A DNA stretch of 64,000 nt from Basidiobolus meristosporus CBS 931.73 (taxonomy: Eukaryota > Fungi > Basidiobolomycota): assembly GCA_002104905.1 (NCBI GenBank), contig MCFE01000085.1, positions 1 to 64,000 on the forward strand. Reading direction: 5' to 3'. This document shows positions 49,091 to 62,640 of this stretch, piece after piece; within the stretch, counting starts at the first letter, position 1, and every line of letters starts with the position of its first letter. The position numbers were made by a program, and so were the translations under genes. Below the pieces are notes generated by a model that worked only from the letters and a program-made list of their open reading frames with translations, was not told the origin of the DNA and made no database searches.

Positions 49091-49934
49091 TAATATATCT
49101 ATTTCTGTCCAATAAGAATCAGCTGACTCAACTGCTGACTAATACCGCTGACTTAGTAGACAATGCTAATATACTGCTATGCTAAACATAAAGCTAACTA
49201 ATCTCACCATAAACTGATCTAACTTAAACATCCAAGCAGCAGATCATAACAATAATATCTTGATACTTGGTAACATCTATGCTGGCAGAGTCCTAGCTTA
49301 AGGCTTACTACTGGGGTAATAATTGCAGAAATTGGAGGTGAATGGGAGAGCCAGCTGATTGTGCAGTCTTAGTTGGTGAGCTACCAAATATTGAGATGGT
49401 ATTTATACATTCAAGTGGTCTAAATATACCAAATACTTAACATATACTTACAAAGACCCACAGCATATGCGTGCAAAGATTGAGACTTTTCTTGGCACCA
49501 GATATTTGAGTTAAAATGCTTGATACAACACCCCATAGGGAATTTGGTCAGATTTCAGTTAGATTTGTAGTTACTGATATAAGTGACTAAGTTGGGTTAG
49601 TATTGAGATAGAATTACAGACATTTGATGCCATATATACTTCAAAGCTGTTCATGCACGGCCACCAAATTAATGCCATTGAAGCAAGCCAATGCTTGGTT
49701 GCACTACCTTGAATACAATCCTGTCTCAAAATGTGCTTACTGATCAATAACCTAAATGGCAGTGTCTAAGAATGTTGAAATGTTGGACTATTTAGTACTA
49801 TTTGGCAGCTAAAAGCTTACACAACAACTCTAGACTAGTCATAGCTTCTGTTGGACTTGTTACAGCCCTAGTTTTGCAACTTTTCTCAATAGTATAAAGC
49901 TAAGATTATTTCCCAATAGTCAATACCCAATCAG

Positions 49935-51330
49935 CCCCCTATGAAAAATAGTTTTGTCCTGTGGGTGGATCCAATCTGGATCAGCTGTCAGGATCCCATT
50001 TGAAAGCCATCAAAATACCAGCAGCTCGGAATTAGTGACCCTCTTAACAATCTTATGATGGGATCACAACAGTGTTTTGCTAATTTTACAACCAACTAAA
50101 GGGATAAAACTTGATAAGATTTCATTAGTGCTGTGACAATAATTGCATGGTATTGTTGTGGTCTTTTAGTGCTAAGTCTGCATACATTTCTCCCCTCTAC
50201 TGAGTTCTGGATGATTCTCTACCCAGAGTGCTTTGTCATGCCTACTTCCAGCAAATGACCCACTAAACCAGATGATGTTACCCTCAATATCAGACAGTGC
50301 TTGAAACTTCACACAGTGTGCCTTGAACATGCCAGAAGAAAAATGCCTCTGCCCTCTGGAAGGTCTGTTACTCCTGACTGGGAAGGTATCCAAAATACTC
50401 CTGATATGGAACATGTTACTGAACACTCTGGGATATGGAAGTCTATTGAAGCTTCTGAACCTAGTATTCCAAGCTTACTCTGAGACATTTATACCCTCTG
50501 CAATGGGGTTCTCCATTGCTGTCAGCTGGGAATGAAAGTTTCTAGGACTTTTGTTGCCATGGATGGTGGGATGAAACTTTGTGGGGCAATAGTTCTTGTA
50601 ATAGCAGAGAAGCTTAACAAGGGATCTCCTTGAGTAGATTGGGTTAGATGGTCCACAGTACTTGGTATACTTCTCCTCTAGTGTGTCAAAAGGAAATCCA
50701 GTAGTGGTGATGGGATTGATGAGAAAAGATCATTCAGATGAGTAAGTCATGTTGAAATTGGTAGGTGCTTGGGCCAAAGTGATTTGAATTGATTTGGCAC
50801 AATCAGCTTTATTTATCTGATCTTCCATGCATTATGATTTAATCTTCATGAGTTGCCATTTATCCCATCATTATGTCGCAAAAATCATCTTCAAAAAATG
50901 ACTAGGTATTTTTATTGATGCTTTACTCACAAGTCTATAATCAAATAGGAAATCTGCAATTGCTGGGATCCAATCTGTGTCAATGCAATCCACGATGCAT
51001 AATAAATAATATATGAAACACTCAACAATCATAGTAGTTTTCATATATATTTAATATAAGACCAGGTTGATGCCAATGCACTACTGTATAAGCCATATGA
51101 AGAATAATTTGGTCCTGCAGGTGGATCCAATCCAGATCAGCCATCAGGATCCCATTCAGAGACCATCATAAAACCAGCAGCCTGGAGTTAGTGACCCTCC
51201 TAACAATCTTATGACAGGATTATAACAGTGTTTTGCTAATTTTACAACCAAATAAAGGGCTAAAACTTGACAAGATTTAATTGGTGCTGTGATAATAATT
51301 GCCTGGGATTGTTGTAGTCTTTTAGCGCTC
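49935..51330. repeat. Pair of diverged ~235-bp direct repeats (~49935-50172 and ~51092-51330)
   Basis: Both contain GGTGGATCCAATC...TAGTGACCCTC...CAGTGTTTTGCTAATTTTACAACCAA. Confidence 0.85.
50172..50700 (-). pseudogene. PIF/Harbinger/ISL2EU-type (DDE_Tnp_4) transposase remnant
   Basis: One frame with a single stop: ...ILDTFPVRSNRP...QRHFSSGMFKAHCVKFQALSDIEGNIIWFSGSFAGSRHDKALW. Confidence 0.8.
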
Positions 51331-52818
51331 TGCAGCTATTTTAAGTGGATCCAACCAGCCAGGACATCCAGTTGCTTATATGGCAAGAAACTTGATGGTA
51401 TTTTGATGGCCTCACCGCAAGACTCTAAGGGCATTATATCAGCAGTATGCCAGCCTACAGCTGGTTATGTATAATGCTACCATACCAATTTACCAAGTGG
51501 TATTTCCTTCTTCTACCTCCCCTTGTGCAATTCATATATTCCACTATAGAATCACCCCTCTTTATTTGCTTACCCACTACTACCTTGGGTATTCCACATA
51601 TAGTTCAAGTCAAAAAAACTATGGCCTCCTGCTTACCAACCTCTACAAATGCACATGCCTGCCACAATTGACATACTTTTATCACCTCATTTTACAGCTT
51701 TTTAGTGTGATACTTGCAAAGTTGCCATATACCTTGTACTGCAGGTAACATATACTTCTTGCAATCATATGTTTGGTTGTCACCACTTCTGCCATGAATA
51801 CCTTTTGAATATCTGCAAAGAACTTCTTAGTATTTAGCCAATATATTCCTTCTGCCTGCTGGATTCTAGTCCCCCTTATAGGTGCGCTCTGGCTTTTGTT
51901 TGTGTGAATTCAGTATTGAATGGTGTAGAAGTTGGCTTGTGACCATGAGGTATCTGGCATACCTTGGAAGAGTTTTCCTAATAAACATTAGTTGCTTGTT
52001 GCACCCAACCCAACTTTGCATTACTTAACTGATTACCCATGCATTAGGGTTGCTTAGCTTCTTAATGCCATAGGAATAGGTGTCTCCATGAGCACATTTT
52101 TTTGTAAGAGTCTTGGAGATATTAGAAGTGATTGGGAGGATAAGTATATTATGTGGTTTTTCACTTGATGATTTATTGAATGAAAAAGTAATATTTATAC
52201 TTTTACATGATCTTGGCATTACAAGCATGTAGAATAGGTTAAGGAAGGTCCCAATGACATATGTGCAAAGTTTGGGGCTGTTTGGACAACTTTGAGAATT
52301 TACCTGTTCTGGGTACCTGGTATTTTGGCAAAAATATTCAAAGTAAATCCCAACCAAGAATTTGGTCAGTATTCTCTAGGATTTGAGGGTAATGATCTAA
52401 GTGACTAGGTTAAGTGAGTATTTAGGTGGAATTGCAAATTTTACAATGCTCCCACTCAGCTAAATGCTCATACTGACTAGTCCTAATTTTAACCTAAGAT
52501 ATTCAAACTTGTTTCTAGCAAATGGTTTGGTAAGTATCTCTGCAATCATTTCATCAGTAGGTCAGTAAACTAAACTAACTAAGTTATTCTCTATAGCTTC
52601 ACATATGAAATGATGTCCAATATCTATGTGCTTAGTTCTAGCATGAAAGTTGGATATTTACCTAATTGTGTATATCCTTGATTATCTTGAAATAAAGTAA
52701 TAGGCATCTTTTGACATAGGCCTAAATCTGTAAAAAGCTTTCTTAACCACATTGTTTCTTTTGTAGCTTCACAGGCTGCCATATGCTCTGCCTCTGAGGC
52801 AGACAGTGCTATGGCCGG

Positions 52819-53890
52819 TGTGGTGGTGTATAAGTCCAAGGGAGAGATACGTCCAACACTTCTCAAGTGTTTTGTGTGTGGGGTGTTCACTGGGTGCAAT
52901 AACCTCTGGCAAAAGCTTGCTAGGAATACTTGGGTTCTGTCTCTAATCTAATGTGAAGGGGAAAAAAGCCACAAGCTTGTCAAGGGAAAACTATTGAGCT
53001 ACAATCCCCAACTTAGTTGGCGTCTTAACAAAAGTATGTGCTGGGTTCAGCGTCCTTTGAGATGACAATGTACTAAAGCTTCCAAAGTCAAAACAACTGT
53101 AAACTCCACCAGCAGGGACTTGATAAGAATGCAGCTTTGGTCAATAGTTACAAAGACAGAAAAGTATCTTTGCCTGTACAAGAACAAACTTGGGAAAGAA
53201 TCAAATATAATAAAAGATACCTACTCTGAGTATTCCTCACAAGTAGTGCCTCCAAGGTCAGTTGGCTGTCAGCGCGGTTTCCTGGGAGTGTCCTGTGGTC
53301 TAGGGTTGGAAGTTCAGGTAGCAGCAGGTAGCAGTGATCACACTAATCAACAAGTCGGTATATTGATAAAAGGGATGATGATTTATTGTTGAGGGATAGC
53401 CTCCCTTATATACTTTTCTTACTGGCTAAGTGATTACTAATCATGGTGTTCCAGAAGGTTCCGGATATCAATAGAAATCTTAATGACATCAGAATGACCT
53501 AAGTATGTTCTAAGTAGGTGCCGGAAGGTTCTAAGAGGCACAGCACATCCAACCAATCAGGAATCAGTATTCTGAAACCTGTGTAACATGGGGATACCAT
53601 ATATGGTATGGAAATGGTAGGGATGGTGACACGGGTTGATCATGTGTCACGGGTACTGGCGCGGGTACTTGCCTAATATAGAAGCACTTGTAACTAGTAA
53701 TCTTACATAAAGTGAGGGGTAACTTATGCAATAAGGTAAGCAGGTGTGATAGTTAACCGGCTTATGGGATAGTACTGATTGGGTAAGACAAAATGGGATA
53801 AAACTAAAATGAGTGTAGTAGGGATATAGGGAAGTAGAAAATAAGGGAATGAGCACATCTGTCAGTGGGTGTCATTGTCACCCCACTACA
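52819..53890. mobile_element. Solo LTR of the second family, 1072 bp, TSD CCGG
   Basis: TGTGGTGG...CCACTACA termini flanked by CCGG on both sides, interrupting the RNaseH region of element E. Confidence 0.85.
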
Positions 53891-56800
53891 CCGGTTGCTT
53901 TCTTGAATTCCGTGAAATTGCTCCTTGACAGTATAGAAAGGAGATTCCTGTGGTGGATCATCTGTACTTCAAATTTTGTCCCCAATCAGCATCAGAGTAT
54001 CCCACAAGGTCCTGTTCTGAACCCACATAAGTGTATCTTAAGCAGATAACAGCATTTCCTATCAGGTATCTAAAAATCCACTTGACTGCTGCAATCTGAT
54101 CAGATCCATAGTTCTGATTATGTTGGCTGACAACTCCCACCAAATACAAGATATCTGGAGATGCACCAAGCATGATGACATCAAACTGCCAAACATAGAT
54201 TGATAAGGAAAGTCAGGGCTTTCAGATGGCACCAAGCTCTCCTGATTTGGTTGAGTTTTGACCAAGTTAAGGTTGTCTCCATTGGGGTAGCTGCTGGTTT
54301 GCAGTCTTCCATTTTGTACTTCTTTAGTATATCTTGAATATACTTGGATTGGCTTAGGGTAATAGTCAGGGTACTTCTGTCTATGGAGAACTTAATTCCT
54401 AAGTAGTAACTGAGTTCTTGTAGATCAGACATCTTGAACTCCTAAGATTGGCTGGATTTAATCACTTCCAATGTTTCTAGGTGATTGGTGGCTATAATAA
54501 GTTCATCCACATATAGAGCTAATAGAACTTGACTTGCTCTATTTGGCTTATAGTATATACTATGGTCAGCAATACTCCTTTCAAAGCTCATAGATTCCCA
54601 ATAAGAATCTATCTTGCAATTCCAGGCTCTTGGTGATTGTTTAAGACCATATAGAGACCTTGTAAGCTTGCAGATTAAATAGATGTTATCTTGGTCAACA
54701 AATTCATCAGGCTGGTCCATACACATGTCCTTATCAAGTTCTCCATCCAAAGATGCAGCTTTTACATCCATTTGATGAATAAAAAACTTATATTTAGCTG
54801 CAATAGCAATGTTAATCTGATGGAATTAGACTTAGCTACCAGTGCAAAGGTCTGCGTATAGTTAAGTCCTTTTGTTTGAGAGTATCCTTTGGGCACAAGT
54901 CTTGCTTTGCATCTAACAATTGTACTATCAGCCTTGTATTTTGTCTTCAAGACCCATCTGCATCCAATTGCTTTTGGTTGATTTGTAACTTCACTTAGTC
55001 CCAAGTTTGATTTTCCACCAGGGCCTTATATTCCTCAATCATTGCAGATCTCCAAAACTTTGTCTGAGGGCTATTTAGGACCTCTTTTACAGTCTGGGTT
55101 CATCAATATGGACTGAATAGGCATAGGCTAAGTTTGTACCCTCATTGATGTAGTAATTTGGACTATTTCTTGTCCCATTGGATCTCCAGGCATTTGATAG
55201 TGGAATAATCACTTCTGGGATATTTCTGGGAACTAATTCAGGCTGAACCACAGCTATAGAGTCCTCTGGAGTAGAAAAATTTACATTATTTTGCTCTGAT
55301 TCAGTCCTGACAATTAGTGGACTTCAGAGCAGATTTTTGTCACCATCTGATGTCATTTTTGTGAAAATTTTGAATTTTTATCCAACACATCCCTGAACTT
55401 GATTAGCTACTTTGCTTTGGTATTGACAAGTCTGTATGCTTTACTCTCATTGCAGTAGCCCAAAAATATGCATTTTACACTTTTTGGCACAAATTTTGAC
55501 TGATTTCCAGGCAGTTTCTTGGCATATGCTGTATACCAAAATATTCTTAGATGTTTTGCCCTTGGTCTATACCTATACCATGCTTCAAATGGAGTAGAAT
55601 TACAAAGTATTCTGTTATAACTCCTATTTTCAAGGTATACAGCAGTGGCAACTGATTCCACCCAAAAATAATAGGATAATTATTGATCAAGGATCATAGA
55701 TCTTGCCATATCATTTATTGATCTGTTAGCATATTCTGCTACTCCATTTTGCTGTGGAGAGTATAGTACAGTAGTCTTTTGCTTTATCCCATGAATCTTG
55801 CAGAAGTGGAACAAGAGTTTTGAGGTATATTCTCTATCATTGTCAAAGCATATTTGGTTGATTTTTTCACCAGTTTCTCTTTCCACCATGGCATTAAACT
55901 CCCTGGACTTAGACAGAGCTTCTCCCTTTCTCTCCATGAAGTAGACCCATGTGCATGCTGTATAATCATCAATAAAGTTGATTAAATACTTCATCCCACC
56001 TAAGGATAAATTTTGCATAGGTCCACAGAGATCTGGGGGAATTGAATCTAATTTTTTCTCAGTTTTGATTAACCTGGGGCTCTTGAACAGTTATCTGGCT
56101 TGTTTCCCATATATGTAGGCTTCAAAGTGCTCCAAATTAGCTGGGGGATCAATTTTTACTCCAGAAATTAGCTGATCTTTGATCATTTTGCACAAATAAT
56201 CAAAATTGGTGTGTCCAAATCTCCTGTGCCAAAGCATTGGTGTTTCTTTATTTAAGCTACCTATAAAGGCTTCCAAATATGATGGAATATAAGTCAACTT
56301 GTATGGATTCTGTTCTCTGATACCTGAAGCAATATGGACACCATTTTGATCAGTGATCATGCATACAGAATTGTCAAAGCTGAAACTGAGTCCTTGTGCT
56401 GTAGCCTTGCTTACAGACAGTAGATTCTTGGCTATATCTAGCACGTAGAGTACCTCTTTAAAGGTTGGTGTATGGCTTCCTTGACTGCTTCTAAGGATTA
56501 CTTGGATAGTTCCTTCTCCCACTGCATCAAGTGTTCTATCATCACCCCTATGAAAATTGTGCAATTCATATATTCCATTATAGAATTACCACCCTTTATT
56601 TGCTTACCCACTACTACCTTGGGTATTCCACATATAGTTCAAGTCAAAAAAACTATGGCCTCTGTTGTGTTGTATTATGATTAGTTTGGGGCTTGTTCTA
56701 CAATGTAGAGGTTAATCAACAATATACAACAACTTCCAGTATGCTAATACTGAAATAGTTTATTGGGAGTTTGATATACCGATAGAAGATATAACTTTCA

Positions 56801-56985
56801 CTAATTTCCTCAATCTTGGGCTCAAAATATACTGTAGGCAGTGTTTATCACTTCTACAGCAGTGTTCTGACCTTCTGTCGACTAATGGGCTTATTTACTT
56901 TTATAGTAACTTTTCCTTATTTGGAAGTCACTTTCCTTTCTGAGAAAATATTTCCTAATATGGATATTCTGAACTCCCCTTTAAC

Positions 56986-57232
56986 CTAAAGGGGTGTGTT
57001 GTAGAAGTCTCTAAAGGGGTCTTTAGACCTAAAGGGGTGTCTAAAGGGGTGTCTTTGGAGTAAAGGGGCTTCTTGTAGTGGTCTCTAAAGTGGACTTTAC
57101 ACTAAAGGGGTGCCCAAAGGGGCTTCTTTAAAGTAAAGGGGTTTCTTAAAGGGGTCTCTAAAGTGGACTTTAGACTAAAGGGGTGTCTAAAGGGGTGTCT
57201 TTAGAGTAAAGGGGCTTCTTAGAGAGGACTTT
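56986..57232. repeat. G-rich minisatellite, 12 AAAGGGG motifs arranged in ~73-bp higher-order units
   Basis: Units start at ~57029, 57102 and 57175; GGGG tracts counted directly. Confidence 0.9.
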
Positions 57233-57913
57233 TCTGACAGAAAAGTGGTAGTTTCTTGTAGAACTTAGATTGGATTCTTGTGAGCTTTGCAGTCTCTTTA
57301 CTGATGTAGTACCAATCAAAGTCAGAATACTCAACAGTGCAAGTGATGCAGGGGAAGTCTTATAACCTTTAAACTTGTAATTGTAGTGTGGAGATTCTGG
57401 TAAGAGAGGCTCTCTCTTTATTTTTCAGCTGGGGAAGTCATATATATGAAAATTTTGAAGGATCAAAGTTTTTGGGCAATTGCGCAAGCAATACACGTGA
57501 TACAAAGCTACAATTTTGCAGTGGCGCAGATCGGACATAGGCGCAGCACCTGTGAAAATTTCACGTGATTTGATTGGCTGGTTCAAAAGTTATATGCGAT
57601 CAAAGTCACCATAGTAATCCTAGCAATAAGGCATAGTATATATAATAGTTGGACTCTTTTGGTCATAACTCCTTAAGTACTGCTTCAAATGAGCTGTAAT
57701 TTGAAACATGTGTTGGCTACTACGTGTTCTGTATGACATAATATTCTTGGGTGGATTGCTTGTCAGGGTCTGGAGCATTTGCTCTTCAAAGTTGGAAATT
57801 CTTGATCTTTCTCTTGTGTGTTACAATAGCAAAAAGCAAAATAAAGAAATGAGTGCAATATTGGTTTAGAGATATTGTAGTAATGGAATACTTTCCATTA
57901 CCACAAGTCTCCC

Positions 57914-58880
57914 CTAACTTTGAGAAATAATGCCCTCATTATTACTTCTGATATGGAACTTCTTCAATCTGTTACCAGGTTGTGTCAGTGCAAGTGGTGT
58001 ACCGTCAAGTTCTGCTAGTTTGTAAGATCCATTTTTGTTTGCATGTATGATCTTGTAGGGACCTTGCCATTGCATATCCAGCTTGGATGCCTTGTTTCTT
58101 TGGCTTTTTGTGTTGTGAAGTAGTATCAACTCACCTACTTCTAACAATGTTTTTCTTAGGCATTTTTGAGCGTCAAAGTACTCCTTGCCAGCCATTCTGG
58201 ATTTCTTCAGGTTTTCTATTGCATTCTGTTGCAGAGTGTGTGCTTGTTGAATCTGTTGTACTCTTGCTAGCAATAGCTCTGATGTTGTCATCGTTGGTTT
58301 CCATGGGAGGGTAAGCCAATTCTCAAAAGATATGTCTATCGGCAAAACAGCTTCATGTCCATATATTAAAAAAAATGGTGTATACCCTGTACTTCTTTTA
58401 ACCGTGACTCTATCAGACCAAATTGCTGCATGAAAGTTATTTGCTCATTTGTTGGGTTCTTCATAGCTAAGCTTTGCTAATGTGTTTGCAAAAGCAGAAT
58501 GTCCACGTTCAACTGGTGAATTTGCTTGTGGGTGATATGGCGTAGTATGTATAAGCTTGGTTCCATGCTTTGTCGCTAGTGCTTGTATTTCATAAGATCC
58601 ACATTCTCCATTGTCTGCAATAAGGGTGCCAACTGAACCATGTCTGAGTTATACATCTTTGAGAAATCTTGCTACTGCTTTTGCATTGGCTTGTTTCAGC
58701 ATTCTAGCCTCTATCCAACCAGTAAAGTTATCACGACAGTCCACCACATACTTATACCCAGCTGTTGCCCTTGGTAAATGTATAATATCTACATGTGCAA
58801 TTTGCCAAGCATAAGATGTGTATATACTGTGAAGTGGTTCATGCATCTTTTGGTTATCTCTTCTTTGACATGGAATACAT
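57914..58880 (-). pseudogene. Gypsy-type (or Ginger-type) DDE integrase fragment with GPY/F motif
   Basis: CIPCQRR, AHVDIIHLP...DNFTGWIEA, IADNG, TPYHPQAN..VERGH and WQGPYKI...GSYKLAELDG...GNRLKKF. No RT/RNaseH upstream; it abuts the CACTA remnant. Confidence 0.85.
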
Positions 58881-58884
58881 AATC

Positions 58885-60400
58885 AGTTCAGGGATATTGT
58901 TGAAAAGCAAATGCATTGCTCCCAGTGGAAAGCTTTTGCTTCAACAGATGCCCTCTAACTTAAGTATCTCTGGTTTCCAATTGATTCCATATTCCAGCCA
59001 ATGGCTTATAGCTTGCCAACTTTGCGGAAATTGCATACTCACTTCTGTATGTTCTCTCTGTAGAAAGATGATGTTCATAGTGCTGGTGTCTGGGTAACAA
59101 TAATGTGTGTGAGTTATGGAGTAAATACCCTAGAACTCACACATTTGACAGTAATACCGTCCATTGTGCCCAGAAAAACCTGCTATCTTGCTGATGGCTG
59201 GGGTATCTCCAATACAGACAATAATATGAGCTTCTACATGATGGCCATTTACTGTTATCCCACTGGAAAGCATATAAAATCATCCAGCAATGAGTACAGG
59301 TATCTATTCAGGCTGGACGGTGACTAAGGCCCAGATACCAGTAAGATTACCATCAGATTATTGCTCTAATACTGTAAGATGGGTGGGAGCTTCAGCTTGA
59401 TGAGAATCAGTGGCCTGCAGGATATGCTGGTACAGTACTTTTTAATACAAATCCATTAAGTGCTGAAGCCAAGGTATGGTTATACATACCTTCAAAGAAG
59501 CCCTTGCTTATTAGCTGTCTGTAATGTTTACCATCAAATCTATTGGATTGGTTTGCTCTTGATTGATACTGAGTGTGGTACTGTGTAGCTTTGCAATATT
59601 TGTTGGACTGCATCAGCTTCCTCAGATGGGGTATGACTGGAATATACCCTGAGTGTGAACAATGTTTTTCCTCAATGGTGGTTGATTCCTGACAACCTGG
59701 ACATGTTGCAATAGTAGCATTTTTGGATGTGAATGCCATGCAACTGTTAACACATGCTGGAATCAGGACAGTCTCTGGATCATATGTTGCCAGCTGCATG
59801 ACAATTGTCCACTTGTACCATGTACATGGTAAGTTGCATCCTGGTATGATTTTGGCAAGAAGTAGTATTAACTCCTCAAAGACCCCATTACTGATATTAG
59901 TGGAAATGAGCCACTTCTCTAGCCACAACATTACATCATTCACCAGTAATTGGATTACTGAGCTCACCTGGCTCCATAAAGTATCCTTGGCATTTGTTTC
60001 AATGGGTACTATTTCATTGCATATAGGGACTTGACTGGGCTCATATGTGGTACTGTTGTTAGGGGAGATAGGCTCAAAATCCATCAGTGAACCTTCTTTG
60101 TAAGAGCTATCACTTGGCATGCCATATTTGGAAGGCTGAGGTGGGCTTAAAGGTGTCACAAACTCACCTGACTCAGTTTGTGCAAGGTAACAAAGATGGA
60201 CAGGTGCCAATATAGAAGTATTGACTGACTGGCAAGATAATGTTGGTATAATAGTGACCAATGAATGGTCAAATATGACCTGGGTGGCAAAACACTGGCC
60301 ATGATCCTTTTGGTACTTCCTATGCTGTCTCAGTGCTTCATGGCTGAGAGGCTTGCCACAATAGCCACAAGGTCTTTTTCTCTTTGCTTACAGCAATGAG
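58885..60400 (-). pseudogene. CACTA/EnSpm (Tnp2-like) transposase remnant, copy 2
   Basis: ACVNSCMAF...CPGC...YIPVIPHL...FDGKHYRQL, then AHIIVCIGDTPAISKIAGFSGHNGRYYCQMC and SFPLGAMHLLFNNI. Confidence 0.85.
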
Positions 60401-60617
60401 TCAAAGTAGTCTTGTCCATAAGGCAAACAGCTTGACCTTCAACAATGTAATGCTATTATATCACCTTTTGATCAATACTCATGTGAACTTAAGACAGTCT
60501 TGTATTTGGGACATTGCACCTACATAAATGTAAGATTCAATGCGGACCTGCCATAGTAAACATTATAAATAAAGTTGTAGCACCACATACAAATGTATAT
60601 GTCACACTATTTCCCCT

Positions 60618-62589
60618 TTGGTTTGTCTCACTTCCATATATACACCACCAAAAAATAAAGCAAAGTTGTCTAGTTCTCAACCAAACCCCACTGCTGACAG
60701 CAACGGAAGAACAGTTGGACAACAGCTTGCTTTGACACTCAGTGCAACAAACAGGGCTACATCCAAAAATGGCCCTCTGGACAGTGTGCCCATTGAAGGT
60801 GATAATGCGGGCTCCTCAGGCTCTCAGTCAAGTAGGTAATTGAGAACCTCTGCACAGCCACAGGCTGACCATTATGCTCAGGCAGATGAGAATGTAGTAA
60901 GCACAGTGCCCTCAGCTCAAGATCAGAATGTGGCAATGATATCATCACCACCACCCATATTAGCAAGTATGTTGTCAGCTCATTTCAAAGTATTAATGAA
61001 GCAATTAGGTGCAGTGGCTGACAGGATAGATGTAATGGCCTAGAGAAGTCAGGAAATAGTCCAGAAACAGGAAGAGCAGATAATACTTGCAGAGCAATCA
61101 ATATCCCAGGTAGAGAAAGCAGCATCTTTGCTGTAACAAAGAAACTCAAGTAGCTCAATGCCACAGCCAAGAATTGAGCCATTTCCCAATGTAACAGCAG
61201 CGGAACACCACACAGTCTTTGAAGCACAACAACAGTGCCCAAAGATAAAGCTCATAGAAAAACCTATCACAGTGTGGGAGGGAGACAATATGGTGTTTAT
61301 AACAGAGCCTAAAAATCAAAAGTCATTGAAGATCTGTGAAGCTGTTGAGTGTAATAATGAAGAGTGGGCTAATATACAGGAGGCCATCAGAAGTCTAGCA
61401 TGCCATCACCTCATGGCTGGCATACCATGGGACCATCAGGAACTCAAGGCCAAGCAAGATGCACTTAACTTGTTCCATGAGCATTATCCTGGACTCAAAT
61501 GGGCAAACATATTTTGGGCCAGCGTTGGTATGCTAATTAAGTGTCTTAAGAATGAAGAAACTATGAAAGGCAGAAGAACAAGGGTGCCATGGCTAAGAAC
61601 CAGTGGCTTCCTCAAAAGCCAATTACAAGCATGGCCAAAAGCTCCAGACAAGCTTCAAAGATACATCAGGTTGCTGGAAGAGTGCCAATTAGGGACTAGC
61701 AGACACACATGGATGCACCAGCACAACCTTCATTGAGGAAAAAGCGCTGTACCACTCAAGAAGCACCCAGACTAAGTAGCAGTGAAGGACCTGGCAGTGA
61801 TAAAAACCAGCTACTCTTACAGGAGCCCATCACAACTACAGTTGAGAGCTCAAAACAAGTGGCAAAGAAACATCAGGTTGCCAGAAGAGTGCCAGCAAGG
61901 GATATGCAGGCCAAAAGAGATGCACAGAGCAGAATTTATCTGGGAGAAAACAGAGTTCTTTACAAGAAGCACTCAGACAAAGTAGCAGTGAAAGATCTGG
62001 TAGTGATAAAGGAAAAGGTAAAGGGAAGAATGTCTATCCAGGCCTGAGACAGGGAGGCATGCTAGAAAAGCTGCAGTTCTTTCCAATTAGCACTGTAAGT
62101 CCAGAACAGACTGAATCCCATCATAGCTAACAAGAATTACCAACAAGAAACCAGCTACTTTCACACAAGTTGGAAGTGCAGTCAGTTGAGCTACACTCCA
62201 GCAAGGTAGTTGATTTTACTGAGAAAGGCAATTTGTCTGCCACAGCCTCCACATCCTCCATTGTTGTCAGAGTGGAGATCCCACTGGCAGACAAGGCTAC
62301 AATGTCAAGAGCTCAAAAGACTATCACAATGCCTTCAGTGGAATTTTGGAACATTAACAGGCACACCAAGAGGTTGCAGCACTTCTTCAAGAGCGGTGCT
62401 CAAGAAAATGCACTGGAATATTGCAAGGGTTTATTGCAAAGACTGGCAGATGAGGTGCTAGACCTTGCAGTGCTGGCTGAAGACCAGGATGTGTGGGAAC
62501 CAGTGAATGAACAGAGGCACAAAGACATTGGGTTCCTACCAAAGTTGTGGAACCAGAGCATTACAGCAGAAATACTCACTGAGTGGTAG
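60618..62589 (+). pseudogene. Decayed partner ORF of the CACTA-like element, function unknown
   Basis: 60618-61736 is one frame broken by a few stops, with further pieces to 62589. Homologous to 45645-48200 (-). Confidence 0.6.
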
Positions 62590-62640
62590 ATTTTAATGGA
62601 GTTACTTGTTGAGTGTGGGGTTGGACTTAATGTTAGTGTA

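Noticed and set aside
51400-51900. Possible chromodomain or integrase remnant on the - strand (RRRKYHLVNWYG; KVCQLWQAC)
   Set aside because: Too degenerate and frame-broken to distinguish from chance.
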